Assembly: GCA_017407225.1 (NCBI GenBank)
Contig: JAFQWY010000044.1
Span: 25 to 64,024, forward strand
Direction of reading: 5' to 3'
From: Clostridia bacterium
GTDB taxonomy: Bacteria; Bacillota; Clostridia; Oscillospirales; CAG-272
DNA: 64,000 nucleotides
The stretch's first letter is position 1, and each line of letters starts with the position of its first letter. Both the position numbers and the translations under genes were made by a program. The notes below the pieces were generated by a model that saw only the letters and a list, made by a program, of their open reading frames with translations, was not told the origin of the DNA and ran no database searches. Below, piece by piece: positions 31,201 through 39,225 of the stretch.

Positions 31201-31258
31201 TCCGCGGAATAACAAAAATCGGACTGTTGCACTAAGGAGAAAAATGCACAGAAAATTG

Positions 31259-31355
31259 GTAGGGGACGGCGCCCCGACGTCCCGAAACAAAGGATTACAG
31301 ACACAAAATACGTCTTAATCCAATGTCTCGGGACGTCGAGGGCGCCGTCCCCTAC
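31259..31355. repeat. REPIN-like doublet: REP (31259-31283), 46-nt spacer, inverted REP (31330-31355)
   Basis: The spacer is the reverse complement of the 29718-29763 spacer at 34 of 46 positions by hand alignment. The whole element is therefore inverted relative to 29692-29788. Confidence 0.9.
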
Positions 31356-31399
31356 CGTTGTTTGGACTTCAGTTGGTTTTCAGGGCAGCCCCGTTTTCT

Positions 31400-33238
31400 C
31401 TATTTCTTCAGTTTCGTCCGGGTGGGGACGGCATCTTCATCCCCGTCAACCATGGCAAAATCATGCTTCCGGTTTCTGGTTTTGTGGGAGCGGTACAGAA
31501 TCACGCCCACGGCGACAAACTGCAGGAGGATGATGGCGATGATGGCCACGGCAACGGGATTGGAGAAAATCCCGGTCAGGGATCGGCGCTCGGGTTCCTT
31601 CGTGATCTCATCCCCGCAGACGGTGCAGACATGATGCTCCAGCCCGTCCTTTACTTCCTTAAATATATAAGTGTGTCCGAGGGCGGGGGTGGTGCTGTTC
31701 TTCGTTTCGCCGCAGACGGAGCATTTTTCTTTCTTATACCCGTCGGTTCCGCAGGTGGCGCCCGTGCTCATCTGGGTGACCCATGTGTGACCGGGAGCTT
31801 TCAGCACCTCCGTCTTTCCATAACCGCACAGGGAGCAGACGGATTCCCGTTTGCCGTCGGTTTCGCAGGTCGCGGGCGTTTCCGTCACCGTAAACTGATG
31901 CTGGCAGCGGTGGATTTCCTCCGTCATCTCTTCCCCGCAGACCGTGCACCGGGATTTGATATATCCGTCCTTGTCGGGGGTGGCGTCAACGGATGCGGTC
32001 ACTTCCCATGTGTGCCCGGGAGCGGCTTCGGTTTCCGTGTAGCTGTCGGAACAGCGGGTGCAGGTGTAGGTCACACCGCCGTCTTCGGTGCAGGTGGCTG
32101 CGGCGGTGGCGGAGATTTCGTATGTATGGGGCTCGCCGGGGCGGATTTCCTCGATTTCGTCCCCGCAGTTCGCACATCTCTGCAGAAAGCGTCCGTCATG
32201 GCCGTGGGATGCCGGAGTATCCTCGATGATCTGGTAATTGTGCCCTTTGGCGGCGAGGGTTTCCGTGTATTTGTGAACGTCGCAGGCGTATCCCTTGTCG
32301 TTCAGGTTGTAGGAAATCTGGCAGATGTACTCAATGAACCCGTCCGTGGTGCAGGTCGCCGCTGCGGATGCGGTCTGACGCCAGAAGTGCCCGTCCGGAT
32401 TTGCGGCCAGTGCGGTGGTTCCCGTCCGGAGTCCGCAGATGGTACACCGGGAGGACTGCCTGCCGGTCAAGGTACAGCTGGAGGGATAGTCCGTGGTGAC
32501 GGCGGCAAAGCTGTGGGTGTGGCCGTAATAATAGCCGATGATTGCCTCAGCTTCCGCCTTTGCCATGGCGCGGAGGTTTTCATCCTTGTCGATGAGGGCG
32601 GCGTCGGAGGGATTGGAAAGATATCCGTGCTCCACGATAATGGAGGGGATTCCGAACTTGGATGCCCATGTGTTGACGGAATAATAGTCGCTCTTTTTGC
32701 CGTATTTCCATGCGCCGGGCATATCCCACTGCCGCTGGCTGTCCCAGTAGTAGATGCCCAGGGAGTCGCCGGTGTCCTCGCGGGTTTCCACCTTGCCCCG
32801 CTTGATTCCCGTGGATGCCGTGATCCCGTCAAGGAGACGGCCTGCCAGATCCCACGCCGCATAGTCCTCGATGACGGTGACATAGGCCATGTTCCCGTTG
32901 GGGGAGGATTCCGGATTGCTGTTGCAGTGCAGGGACAGGAACAGATCCGCGTCGGTGTTCAGCCCGGTCAGCACCCGGGGAAGGTATTTCAGATAGGTGT
33001 CGTCGGTGCGGGTCATGTACACGTCAAACCGCCCGTCCGCACTCAGCTCGTCGTACAGGTACTGCGCCAGGAGAAGATTGTATTCCTTTTCCGTGCGGAT
33101 TCCCTGTGCGGTGCCGCCGTCGTAGCCCCCGTGCCCGGCGTCAATGACGATGACGGGATTCTCGGCGGATACGGACGCGCAGAGGAGAAATGCCGCTATT
33201 ATAATAAGGAAGAAAAAAACTGCTGTCTTACGGGTCAT
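31400..33238 (-). CDS. N-acetylmuramoyl-L-alanine amidase (Amidase_3) with Cys-rich repeat region and C-terminal membrane anchor
   Basis: A signal peptide is followed by VIVIDAGHGGYDGG ... LFLSLHCNS. Then come repeated ATC.TDG.....C..CG....GH.W modules, and a TM segment AVAIIAIILLQFVAVGVILY with a basic tail. Confidence 0.85.
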   Translation of the reverse strand: MTRKTAVFFFLIIIAAFLLCASVSAENPVIVIDAGHGGYDGGTAQGIRTEKEYNLLLAQYLYDELSADGRFDVYMTRTDDTYLKYLPRVLTGLNTDADLFLSLHCNSNPESSPNGNMAYVTVIEDYAAWDLAGRLLDGITASTGIKRGKVETREDTGDSLGIYYWDSQRQWDMPGAWKYGKKSDYYSVNTWASKFGIPSIIVEHGYLSNPSDAALIDKDENLRAMAKAEAEAIIGYYYGHTHSFAAVTTDYPSSCTLTGRQSSRCTICGLRTGTTALAANPDGHFWRQTASAAATCTTDGFIEYICQISYNLNDKGYACDVHKYTETLAAKGHNYQIIEDTPASHGHDGRFLQRCANCGDEIEEIRPGEPHTYEISATAAATCTEDGGVTYTCTRCSDSYTETEAAPGHTWEVTASVDATPDKDGYIKSRCTVCGEEMTEEIHRCQHQFTVTETPATCETDGKRESVCSLCGYGKTEVLKAPGHTWVTQMSTGATCGTDGYKKEKCSVCGETKNSTTPALGHTYIFKEVKDGLEHHVCTVCGDEITKEPERRSLTGIFSNPVAVAIIAIILLQFVAVGVILYRSHKTRNRKHDFAMVDGDEDAVPTRTKLKK

Positions 33239-33300
33239 TTTTCACCTGTGGTACTTTTGAATTTAACAATCACGGATATTATACGCTATTTTTACGGAAA

Positions 33301-33329
33301 TTGCAACACTTTATTTCACGGGTTAATAT
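33301..33329 (+). promoter_or_regulatory. Candidate distal sigma-A promoter of the S-layer gene
   Basis: TTGCAA (33301-33306), 17 nt, TAATAT (33324-33329). Confidence 0.45.
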
Positions 33330-33376
33330 TAAAGAGAGCTTAATATTTCACTTATATTACATGTGATCCGGAAGTA

Positions 33377-33405
33377 TTGCAAAAAAATTCTGGTTATGGT
33401 AAGAT
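33377..33405 (+). promoter_or_regulatory. Candidate proximal sigma-A promoter of the S-layer gene
   Basis: TTGCAA (33377-33382), 17 nt, TAAGAT (33400-33405), with a TGg extended -10. It would give an approximately 85-nt leader. Confidence 0.5.
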
Positions 33406-33492
33406 ATGTGCACAGGGTCGGAGAGGCGAATCGGCGTCTTTCTCTGCCCCGAATAAACATCATCACATATTTTATAAGGAGCTACAGAAAAG

Positions 33493-36400
33493 ATGAAGAA
33501 GACTCTTTCTCTGATTCTGGCCCTTCTGATGTCCGTTTCTACCGCAGTTGTTGCATTTGCAGAAGAACCTGCAATTGACGATACTGTTGAAGAAGTAGTG
33601 ACTGAAGAAGTTGTTGCTGGCCCTTACGATGACGCGATCAAGTATCTTGGTCACTACGGCATCTACAAGGGCGTTTCTGCTGACGACCTTGCTGCTGAAG
33701 ACGATGTAAACCGTTATCAGATGGCTCTGTTCGCAGCACGTCTCTCTACCGGTTGGGTAGAAGATGAAAAGTGGGAAGACGGTCCCCAGAATTCTTCCGA
33801 ATTCACTGACCTCGCTGGCACCCCCGCAGAAAACTACTACGGCGCACTCTCCTACGTAAACCAGATGGGCATCATCGAAGGTTACGGCGACGGTACTTAT
33901 GGTCCTCTCAACGGCATCAAGTATCAGGACGCTCTCACCATCGTTACCCGTACCCTCGGCTACAAGAACCTGGAATACCCCTGGGGTTACATCCAGAAGG
34001 CTGTTGAACTCGGCCTCACCGAAGGTGTTGTTGACGTAGCTTACACTGACGCTCTCACCCGCGGTGAAGTAGCTCAGATCATCTACAACGCACTGTTCGC
34101 AGAAACCAAGAACGGTTCCACCCTCGGCCTCGATTCCTTCGGCATCGAATTCGCATGGGAAAACGTTATCATCACCGCTTCCGATAAGGACGTATTCGGT
34201 GTTAACGACAAGGCTCCCGCTGGCTTCGTTGGCTTCCAGCTGATCGAAGATGGCGAACTTGACGATACCGTTTGGTACGCAAAGGCTTCCGACTTCAACC
34301 TCGAAGGCCACGACGACGAACTCGCAGTTGGCGCATCCTGCAAGGTATTCTTTGAAAAGGACGCTGATTCCGAACTCGTTAAGATCATCGACTACAAGAC
34401 CAACTTCGTTGAAACCATTTGGAACGAAGGCAAGACCGATGACGAAGGCGTTGCTGTAGAAGCTTACGCTATCGACACCGCTCTCTCCACCGAATACTCC
34501 CTCGTTACCAAGTACTCCAAGACCTATCTTGGCGGCGCTTCCAACGCAGTTCGCGATGAAATCATCGTTGTTGACGCTCTCGGCGGTATCGCTGAACTGA
34601 CCTATGTTGGCTCCAACTACGGCGTTGACATGGAAACCGGCGACATCGTTATCTACGAAACCGACGAAGACGGTGTTACCACCGTTAAGGAAATCGTTTG
34701 GTACTACAACGCTCTTCTCGAATCCTACTACAAGATCATTCTTGACAAGGACAACGACGAAATCGGCGTTAAGTACATGGACGAAAAGGCTGAAGCTGAA
34801 CTGCTGAAGGCTATCGAAGATGCAGCTTACGAATACGTTGTAACCTACAACAAGGGCTTTGCTACTGCTGTTGGTTCCGTTGACGCTAAGTCCGCATACG
34901 CTTCCCTCTCTGTTTACAATGTAAACGGCAAGGCATACGGCATCTACGAAGAATACAAGTTCGGTTACTTCGCTAACGGCAAGACCGACAGATGCTCCTG
35001 CGATGGCAACCCCACCAGAGCTACCTACACCATCTCTTCCAGATTCAACTACAACGTTGCTAAGGAAGTAGAAGTTACCACTCCTGCATCCTTCGACCAG
35101 ATCGTTGAAGGCGAATGCAAGCACGGTACTGCTTGGATCAACCCCGACTTCGCTGCTAACCTCCAGGAAGACGGCACCTACGCTAACGGCTACGTAATCT
35201 ACTCTGCTGACGCTCAGACCGGCGAAATCAAGATCGTTAAGTACATCAACGATTGCGAAGACGTTGACACCTACGTTGGCAAGGGCACCATCAAGTCCTT
35301 CTCTGTTAACGACGAATACGTTGTAATCAACGGCGAAAAGCTCACCTTCAACTATGACAACCTCGAAGGCGCTGGCGTTGTTAACGTAAACAAGAACTCC
35401 ACCACCAAGGCTAACTACTCCGATCTCCTCCGTGACTACTTCAACCAGTATGTTGAATACGTTGTTGTAGACGGCGAAATCGTTTACATGACCATTCTCG
35501 GTGGTTCCACCACCAACCTGTTCGTTGTTGAAAAGTACGCTGGTATCTCTTCTGACGGTTACATCGTAGTTGACGGTTACTACACCGCTGCTGCTACCGA
35601 ACTCACCAGAATCCGCGTTGCTTCCTACAACAACAACTACACTGGCGATCCCTTCTACTACATGAACCCCGATAAGGCTGCTGCTGCATTCACCAAGGGT
35701 GCTATCTACGCAGTATCCTCCACTGAAGAAGACGGTTCCGTTAACGTTCAGCTTGCTGGTAAGTTTGGTGACAATGGTGACTACACCATCGTTAACAAGC
35801 AGTACGTAGCTCTCGGCGATGCTATCAAGATCACCACCGAAAACGCTAAGGACGGCTACCTCACCGTTAACTCCAAGGTTGTTCGCGACAAGGCTTACAC
35901 CTACATCCTCATCGGCGCTGAAGACAGAAATGGCTTCGCTCCCATCGCAGTTTACTCCGGTAAGGTTTCCGCTACCGACTGGTGGCTGGAAGGTACCCTT
36001 ATCAACGACGGCAATGACAGCGTATACCTCGTTGTTAACGCTGACTGGGCAGGCTTCGGCCGCGACATGGGCACCACTGGTCTCGTAGCTCTCCTCGGCG
36101 ACTTCTACTGGACTGCTGACTTCGACGGCACCACCGCTGAAGACTGGTACCTCCTCGGCGCAGCTGAATACGAAGTTGAAGTATTCGACTTCTACACTGC
36201 TTCCAACATCCTCGTTTCCGCTACCAACCTCGACCTCGAAGACGGCTACCTGTACAGAACCATCGACAATACTCTTGTATATGACGATGAAATCTCTGCT
36301 ACCAAGCTTTACGACGAACTCGTTGAAGGTTACCTCGACACCGACGCTGGTTCCGCAGACTACCTGTTCGACGAACTCGAACTGACCGCTGCTAACATCG

Positions 36401-37227
36401 GCGCTGTTGAAACCGCTATCTCCAAGTCCGTTTCCAACAAGATCTTCGGTAAGGATTCCTACACCGACCTCGTTGGCGACGTTAAGGCTATCAAGCTCGT
36501 TACCGTTAAGGGCGACAAGATCGTTTCCATCACCAACCTCGACAAGGCTGCTCTTGAAGACATGGCTGAAGACGCTGGTGTTGACACTGTAACTGTAGAA
36601 GGCTTCTACATTTACAACAACAAGACCACTCATGCATATGTATATGCATTTGCTGGTATCGCTGGTTCCACCGGTTCCGCTACCAAGGAAGGCGTAGGCT
36701 CTCTGAACGTTGCTGAAATCGGCACCAACGCTTACATCGGCGCTACCGCTGACGTTAAGGAATCCTATGTTGACGGCAAGCTCACCGCTGCTACCATCAC
36801 CTCCATCTCTCTCGAATACATTGGCAAGGCTGCTACCGAAACTCACGCATCCGTTGAATTCGACGGTCGTTACTTCGGCAACGCTGGCGAATGCGAATTC
36901 GAAGACTGGAACACCACCATCAACGGTGTTGAAGTTTACGGTTCCATCGAAAACGGCATGTACGACAACCACGAAGACGAAGATATCTGCAACCTCATCA
37001 AGAAGGTTACCATCGACGGCATCAACGCTACCGTTAAGGCTGGCGAACCCGCAACCTTCACTGTAACCTTCGTTGCTACCAAGGGTGCTGAAAGAGTTGC
37101 TTACGATATCGACTTCGTAGCTCTCATCCAGGATGGCAAGCTCGTATTCGACTTCGCTGCTGGTTGCGAAGCTGGTATCCCTGCATTCGTTAAGTGGACC
37201 CTCCGCACTGCAGCTGTTCTCAAGTAA
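33493..37227 (+). CDS. S-layer protein with three N-terminal SLH domains
   Basis: A signal peptide ends AFAEEP. Three SLH-like segments follow: AIKYLGHYGIYKG, ALSYVNQMGIIEGYGDGTYGP and IQKAVELGLTEG. The protein has 1244 aa and extreme codon bias typical of very highly expressed genes. Confidence 0.85.
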   Translation: MKKTLSLILALLMSVSTAVVAFAEEPAIDDTVEEVVTEEVVAGPYDDAIKYLGHYGIYKGVSADDLAAEDDVNRYQMALFAARLSTGWVEDEKWEDGPQNSSEFTDLAGTPAENYYGALSYVNQMGIIEGYGDGTYGPLNGIKYQDALTIVTRTLGYKNLEYPWGYIQKAVELGLTEGVVDVAYTDALTRGEVAQIIYNALFAETKNGSTLGLDSFGIEFAWENVIITASDKDVFGVNDKAPAGFVGFQLIEDGELDDTVWYAKASDFNLEGHDDELAVGASCKVFFEKDADSELVKIIDYKTNFVETIWNEGKTDDEGVAVEAYAIDTALSTEYSLVTKYSKTYLGGASNAVRDEIIVVDALGGIAELTYVGSNYGVDMETGDIVIYETDEDGVTTVKEIVWYYNALLESYYKIILDKDNDEIGVKYMDEKAEAELLKAIEDAAYEYVVTYNKGFATAVGSVDAKSAYASLSVYNVNGKAYGIYEEYKFGYFANGKTDRCSCDGNPTRATYTISSRFNYNVAKEVEVTTPASFDQIVEGECKHGTAWINPDFAANLQEDGTYANGYVIYSADAQTGEIKIVKYINDCEDVDTYVGKGTIKSFSVNDEYVVINGEKLTFNYDNLEGAGVVNVNKNSTTKANYSDLLRDYFNQYVEYVVVDGEIVYMTILGGSTTNLFVVEKYAGISSDGYIVVDGYYTAAATELTRIRVASYNNNYTGDPFYYMNPDKAAAAFTKGAIYAVSSTEEDGSVNVQLAGKFGDNGDYTIVNKQYVALGDAIKITTENAKDGYLTVNSKVVRDKAYTYILIGAEDRNGFAPIAVYSGKVSATDWWLEGTLINDGNDSVYLVVNADWAGFGRDMGTTGLVALLGDFYWTADFDGTTAEDWYLLGAAEYEVEVFDFYTASNILVSATNLDLEDGYLYRTIDNTLVYDDEISATKLYDELVEGYLDTDAGSADYLFDELELTAANIGAVETAISKSVSNKIFGKDSYTDLVGDVKAIKLVTVKGDKIVSITNLDKAALEDMAEDAGVDTVTVEGFYIYNNKTTHAYVYAFAGIAGSTGSATKEGVGSLNVAEIGTNAYIGATADVKESYVDGKLTAATITSISLEYIGKAATETHASVEFDGRYFGNAGECEFEDWNTTINGVEVYGSIENGMYDNHEDEDICNLIKKVTIDGINATVKAGEPATFTVTFVATKGAERVAYDIDFVALIQDGKLVFDFAAGCEAGIPAFVKWTLRTAAVLK

Positions 37228-37263
37228 TTCTCCATCTTTCAAGTCCTTATAACTTAAAGATAC

Positions 37264-37302
37264 AAAGACCCATGGGCCGATTACCATGGGTCTTTTCCTT
37301 TT
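37264..37302 (+). terminator. Strong intrinsic terminator after the S-layer gene
   Basis: A 12-bp perfect stem pairs AAAGACCCATGG (37264-37275) with CCATGGGTCTTT (37284-37295), followed by TCCTTTT. Confidence 0.85.
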
Positions 37303-37426
37303 GCCGCAATTGTGTGCCGTATGTCACCGAATTGTGAATAATGTTGAACATGATAAAATTCCGTTGACTTCATTTGGCAGTTATGATATAATAAATACTG
37401 TATAGAATTCTTTTGGAGTTTGCTTC

Positions 37427-39157
37427 ATGACGAATAAATCAAACTTTTTCAAGGATAATCCCGGATGGATGGCGGTTTTCGCCGTCTGCATCGTGATTCT
37501 TATCGTTTACGGCTGCTGGTACGCCGGTCATCCGCGCCTTTCCTTTGATTCCATGGGCGGTCCCGAGGTGGAAACCCAGATTGTTCCCAAGGGTGAGAAG
37601 ACCCTGCCGCCTCTTGCAAGCGAGCTGTCCTATGAGGGGTTTTTCCTGGAAGGCTGGTACACCGACGAAACCTTCACCAACCGCTACGACGGTGAACCTC
37701 TGGAACAGAGCATGACCGTGTACGCAAACTGGGTTCCTTCCCGGCATACCGTCACCTTCCATACACCCCAGGGCAAGCTCACCGGAGATACCGTGTTCAC
37801 GGTAAATTACGGCGAGGCGCTGGACGATCTGCCGGGCATCCGACACGAAACCTATCAGCTTGAAGGCTGGTATCTGGACGAAGCCTGCACGATCGCCTAT
37901 CACCCCGGCGTGACAGAGATCACAAACGACACGGACGTGTACGCCAATATGGTGCTCCCCACTTCCATGGAAGATGACCTGGTCGCTCCCGTGATCTACA
38001 TTGACGCCAAGGGCAAGGGCGTTGACAAGCACGAATACGTGAAGTGCACCGTCAACATTGATTCCGACAACGAAAAATTCGCGAAAACCAATCTGAAGGC
38101 ACAGATCCGCGGACGGGGCAACTCCACGTGGGGTTACTACGAAAAGAAGCCGTACCGCCTGAAGTTCGATGACAAAATCGACCTGTTCGGCATGGGCAAA
38201 GCCCGCGACTGGATCCTGCTGGCCAATACCGTTGACATGGCGATGCTCCGCAACCTGACCGTGTACCGCATGGCGCAGCAGTTTGAAGGATGCCGCTACA
38301 CCACCGACTGCGAATTCGTCCACGTCTATCTGAACGATGAGTACCTCGGCCTGTATCTGGCTGTGGAACAGGTGGAAGAGGGCAAGAACCGCGTGGAAAT
38401 CGGCGACGGTACCGACGGAAACGGCAATGCTGCGGCTCCGGAAGACACCGGATTCCTCCTTGAAGTGGGCGGTGCCGGAAGCTGGGGTGACTGGGGATTC
38501 CAGCCCAAGTCCTACAAGCGGATTTCCGCCCCCTACACCATCATCAAGAGCCCCGAATCCGACGTGATGACCTTCGAGCAGTTCCAGTACATCGAAAATT
38601 ACTTCGATCAGGTGCAGAAGGCCATCTCCAAGGACGATTTCGATACCCTCTGCGAGCTGGTTGACATCCAGTCCTTCGTGGATTCCTTTATCTGCACCCA
38701 GTACATCCTTGCCGGCGACATGGGCTACTGCTACTTCGCCTACAAGGAGCCGGGCGGCAAGCTGTTCCTCGGCCCCCTCTGGGACTATGACCAGGCGGCA
38801 GGATGTTCCGAGCACGGCGGCAGCAACTACGAAGGCTACGCGGCGGCATCTCCCCACTCCTGGTACCAGAAGCTGATCGTCAACGACCAGTTCCGCGCAC
38901 TGGTGGTGGAAAGCTGGATGGAACACTACGACTACATCCACGGTATCCCGGATATGCTCCGTGAAATCGCGGCAACCTATCGGGCGGATATCGACCTGAA
39001 CTACGAGCGCTGGGAAGGCTTCCTCGGCTCCTATCAGTGGAGAAGCATTGAACCCCTGATCGGAATGACCGAATACGACGACCACGTTGACTATCTGATC
39101 ACATGGCTGGACAACCGTGTGGACTGGATGGAACGGAATTTGGGAATCAAAGAATAA
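37427..39157 (+). CDS. CotH-family protein with N-terminal membrane anchor and Listeria-Bacteroides-type repeats
   Basis: The TM segment is WMAVFAVCIVILIVYGCWYA. Two repeats of the form F.GWYTDE....Y......VYANW follow. The CotH core is IRGRGNSTWGYYEKKPYRLKFD ... LGPLWDYDQA. Confidence 0.75.
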   Translation: MTNKSNFFKDNPGWMAVFAVCIVILIVYGCWYAGHPRLSFDSMGGPEVETQIVPKGEKTLPPLASELSYEGFFLEGWYTDETFTNRYDGEPLEQSMTVYANWVPSRHTVTFHTPQGKLTGDTVFTVNYGEALDDLPGIRHETYQLEGWYLDEACTIAYHPGVTEITNDTDVYANMVLPTSMEDDLVAPVIYIDAKGKGVDKHEYVKCTVNIDSDNEKFAKTNLKAQIRGRGNSTWGYYEKKPYRLKFDDKIDLFGMGKARDWILLANTVDMAMLRNLTVYRMAQQFEGCRYTTDCEFVHVYLNDEYLGLYLAVEQVEEGKNRVEIGDGTDGNGNAAAPEDTGFLLEVGGAGSWGDWGFQPKSYKRISAPYTIIKSPESDVMTFEQFQYIENYFDQVQKAISKDDFDTLCELVDIQSFVDSFICTQYILAGDMGYCYFAYKEPGGKLFLGPLWDYDQAAGCSEHGGSNYEGYAAASPHSWYQKLIVNDQFRALVVESWMEHYDYIHGIPDMLREIAATYRADIDLNYERWEGFLGSYQWRSIEPLIGMTEYDDHVDYLITWLDNRVDWMERNLGIKE

Positions 39158-39225
39158 ATGACACGCCGTGGGATCCAGTCATGCACTGCTCACGGCGTTG
39201 ATTTTGTATGAAAAGGAATGAATTT

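Noticed and set aside
33472-37287. A 1271-aa ORF on the minus strand, the longest ORF in the window
   Set aside because: It is exactly codon-registered antisense to the SLH S-layer gene, so it stays open only because the sense gene avoids TTA, CTA and TCA. The translation is low-complexity (V/G/S/N/F-rich). It has no RBS or promoter, and the sense strand has a signal peptide, SLH motifs, an RBS and a terminator.
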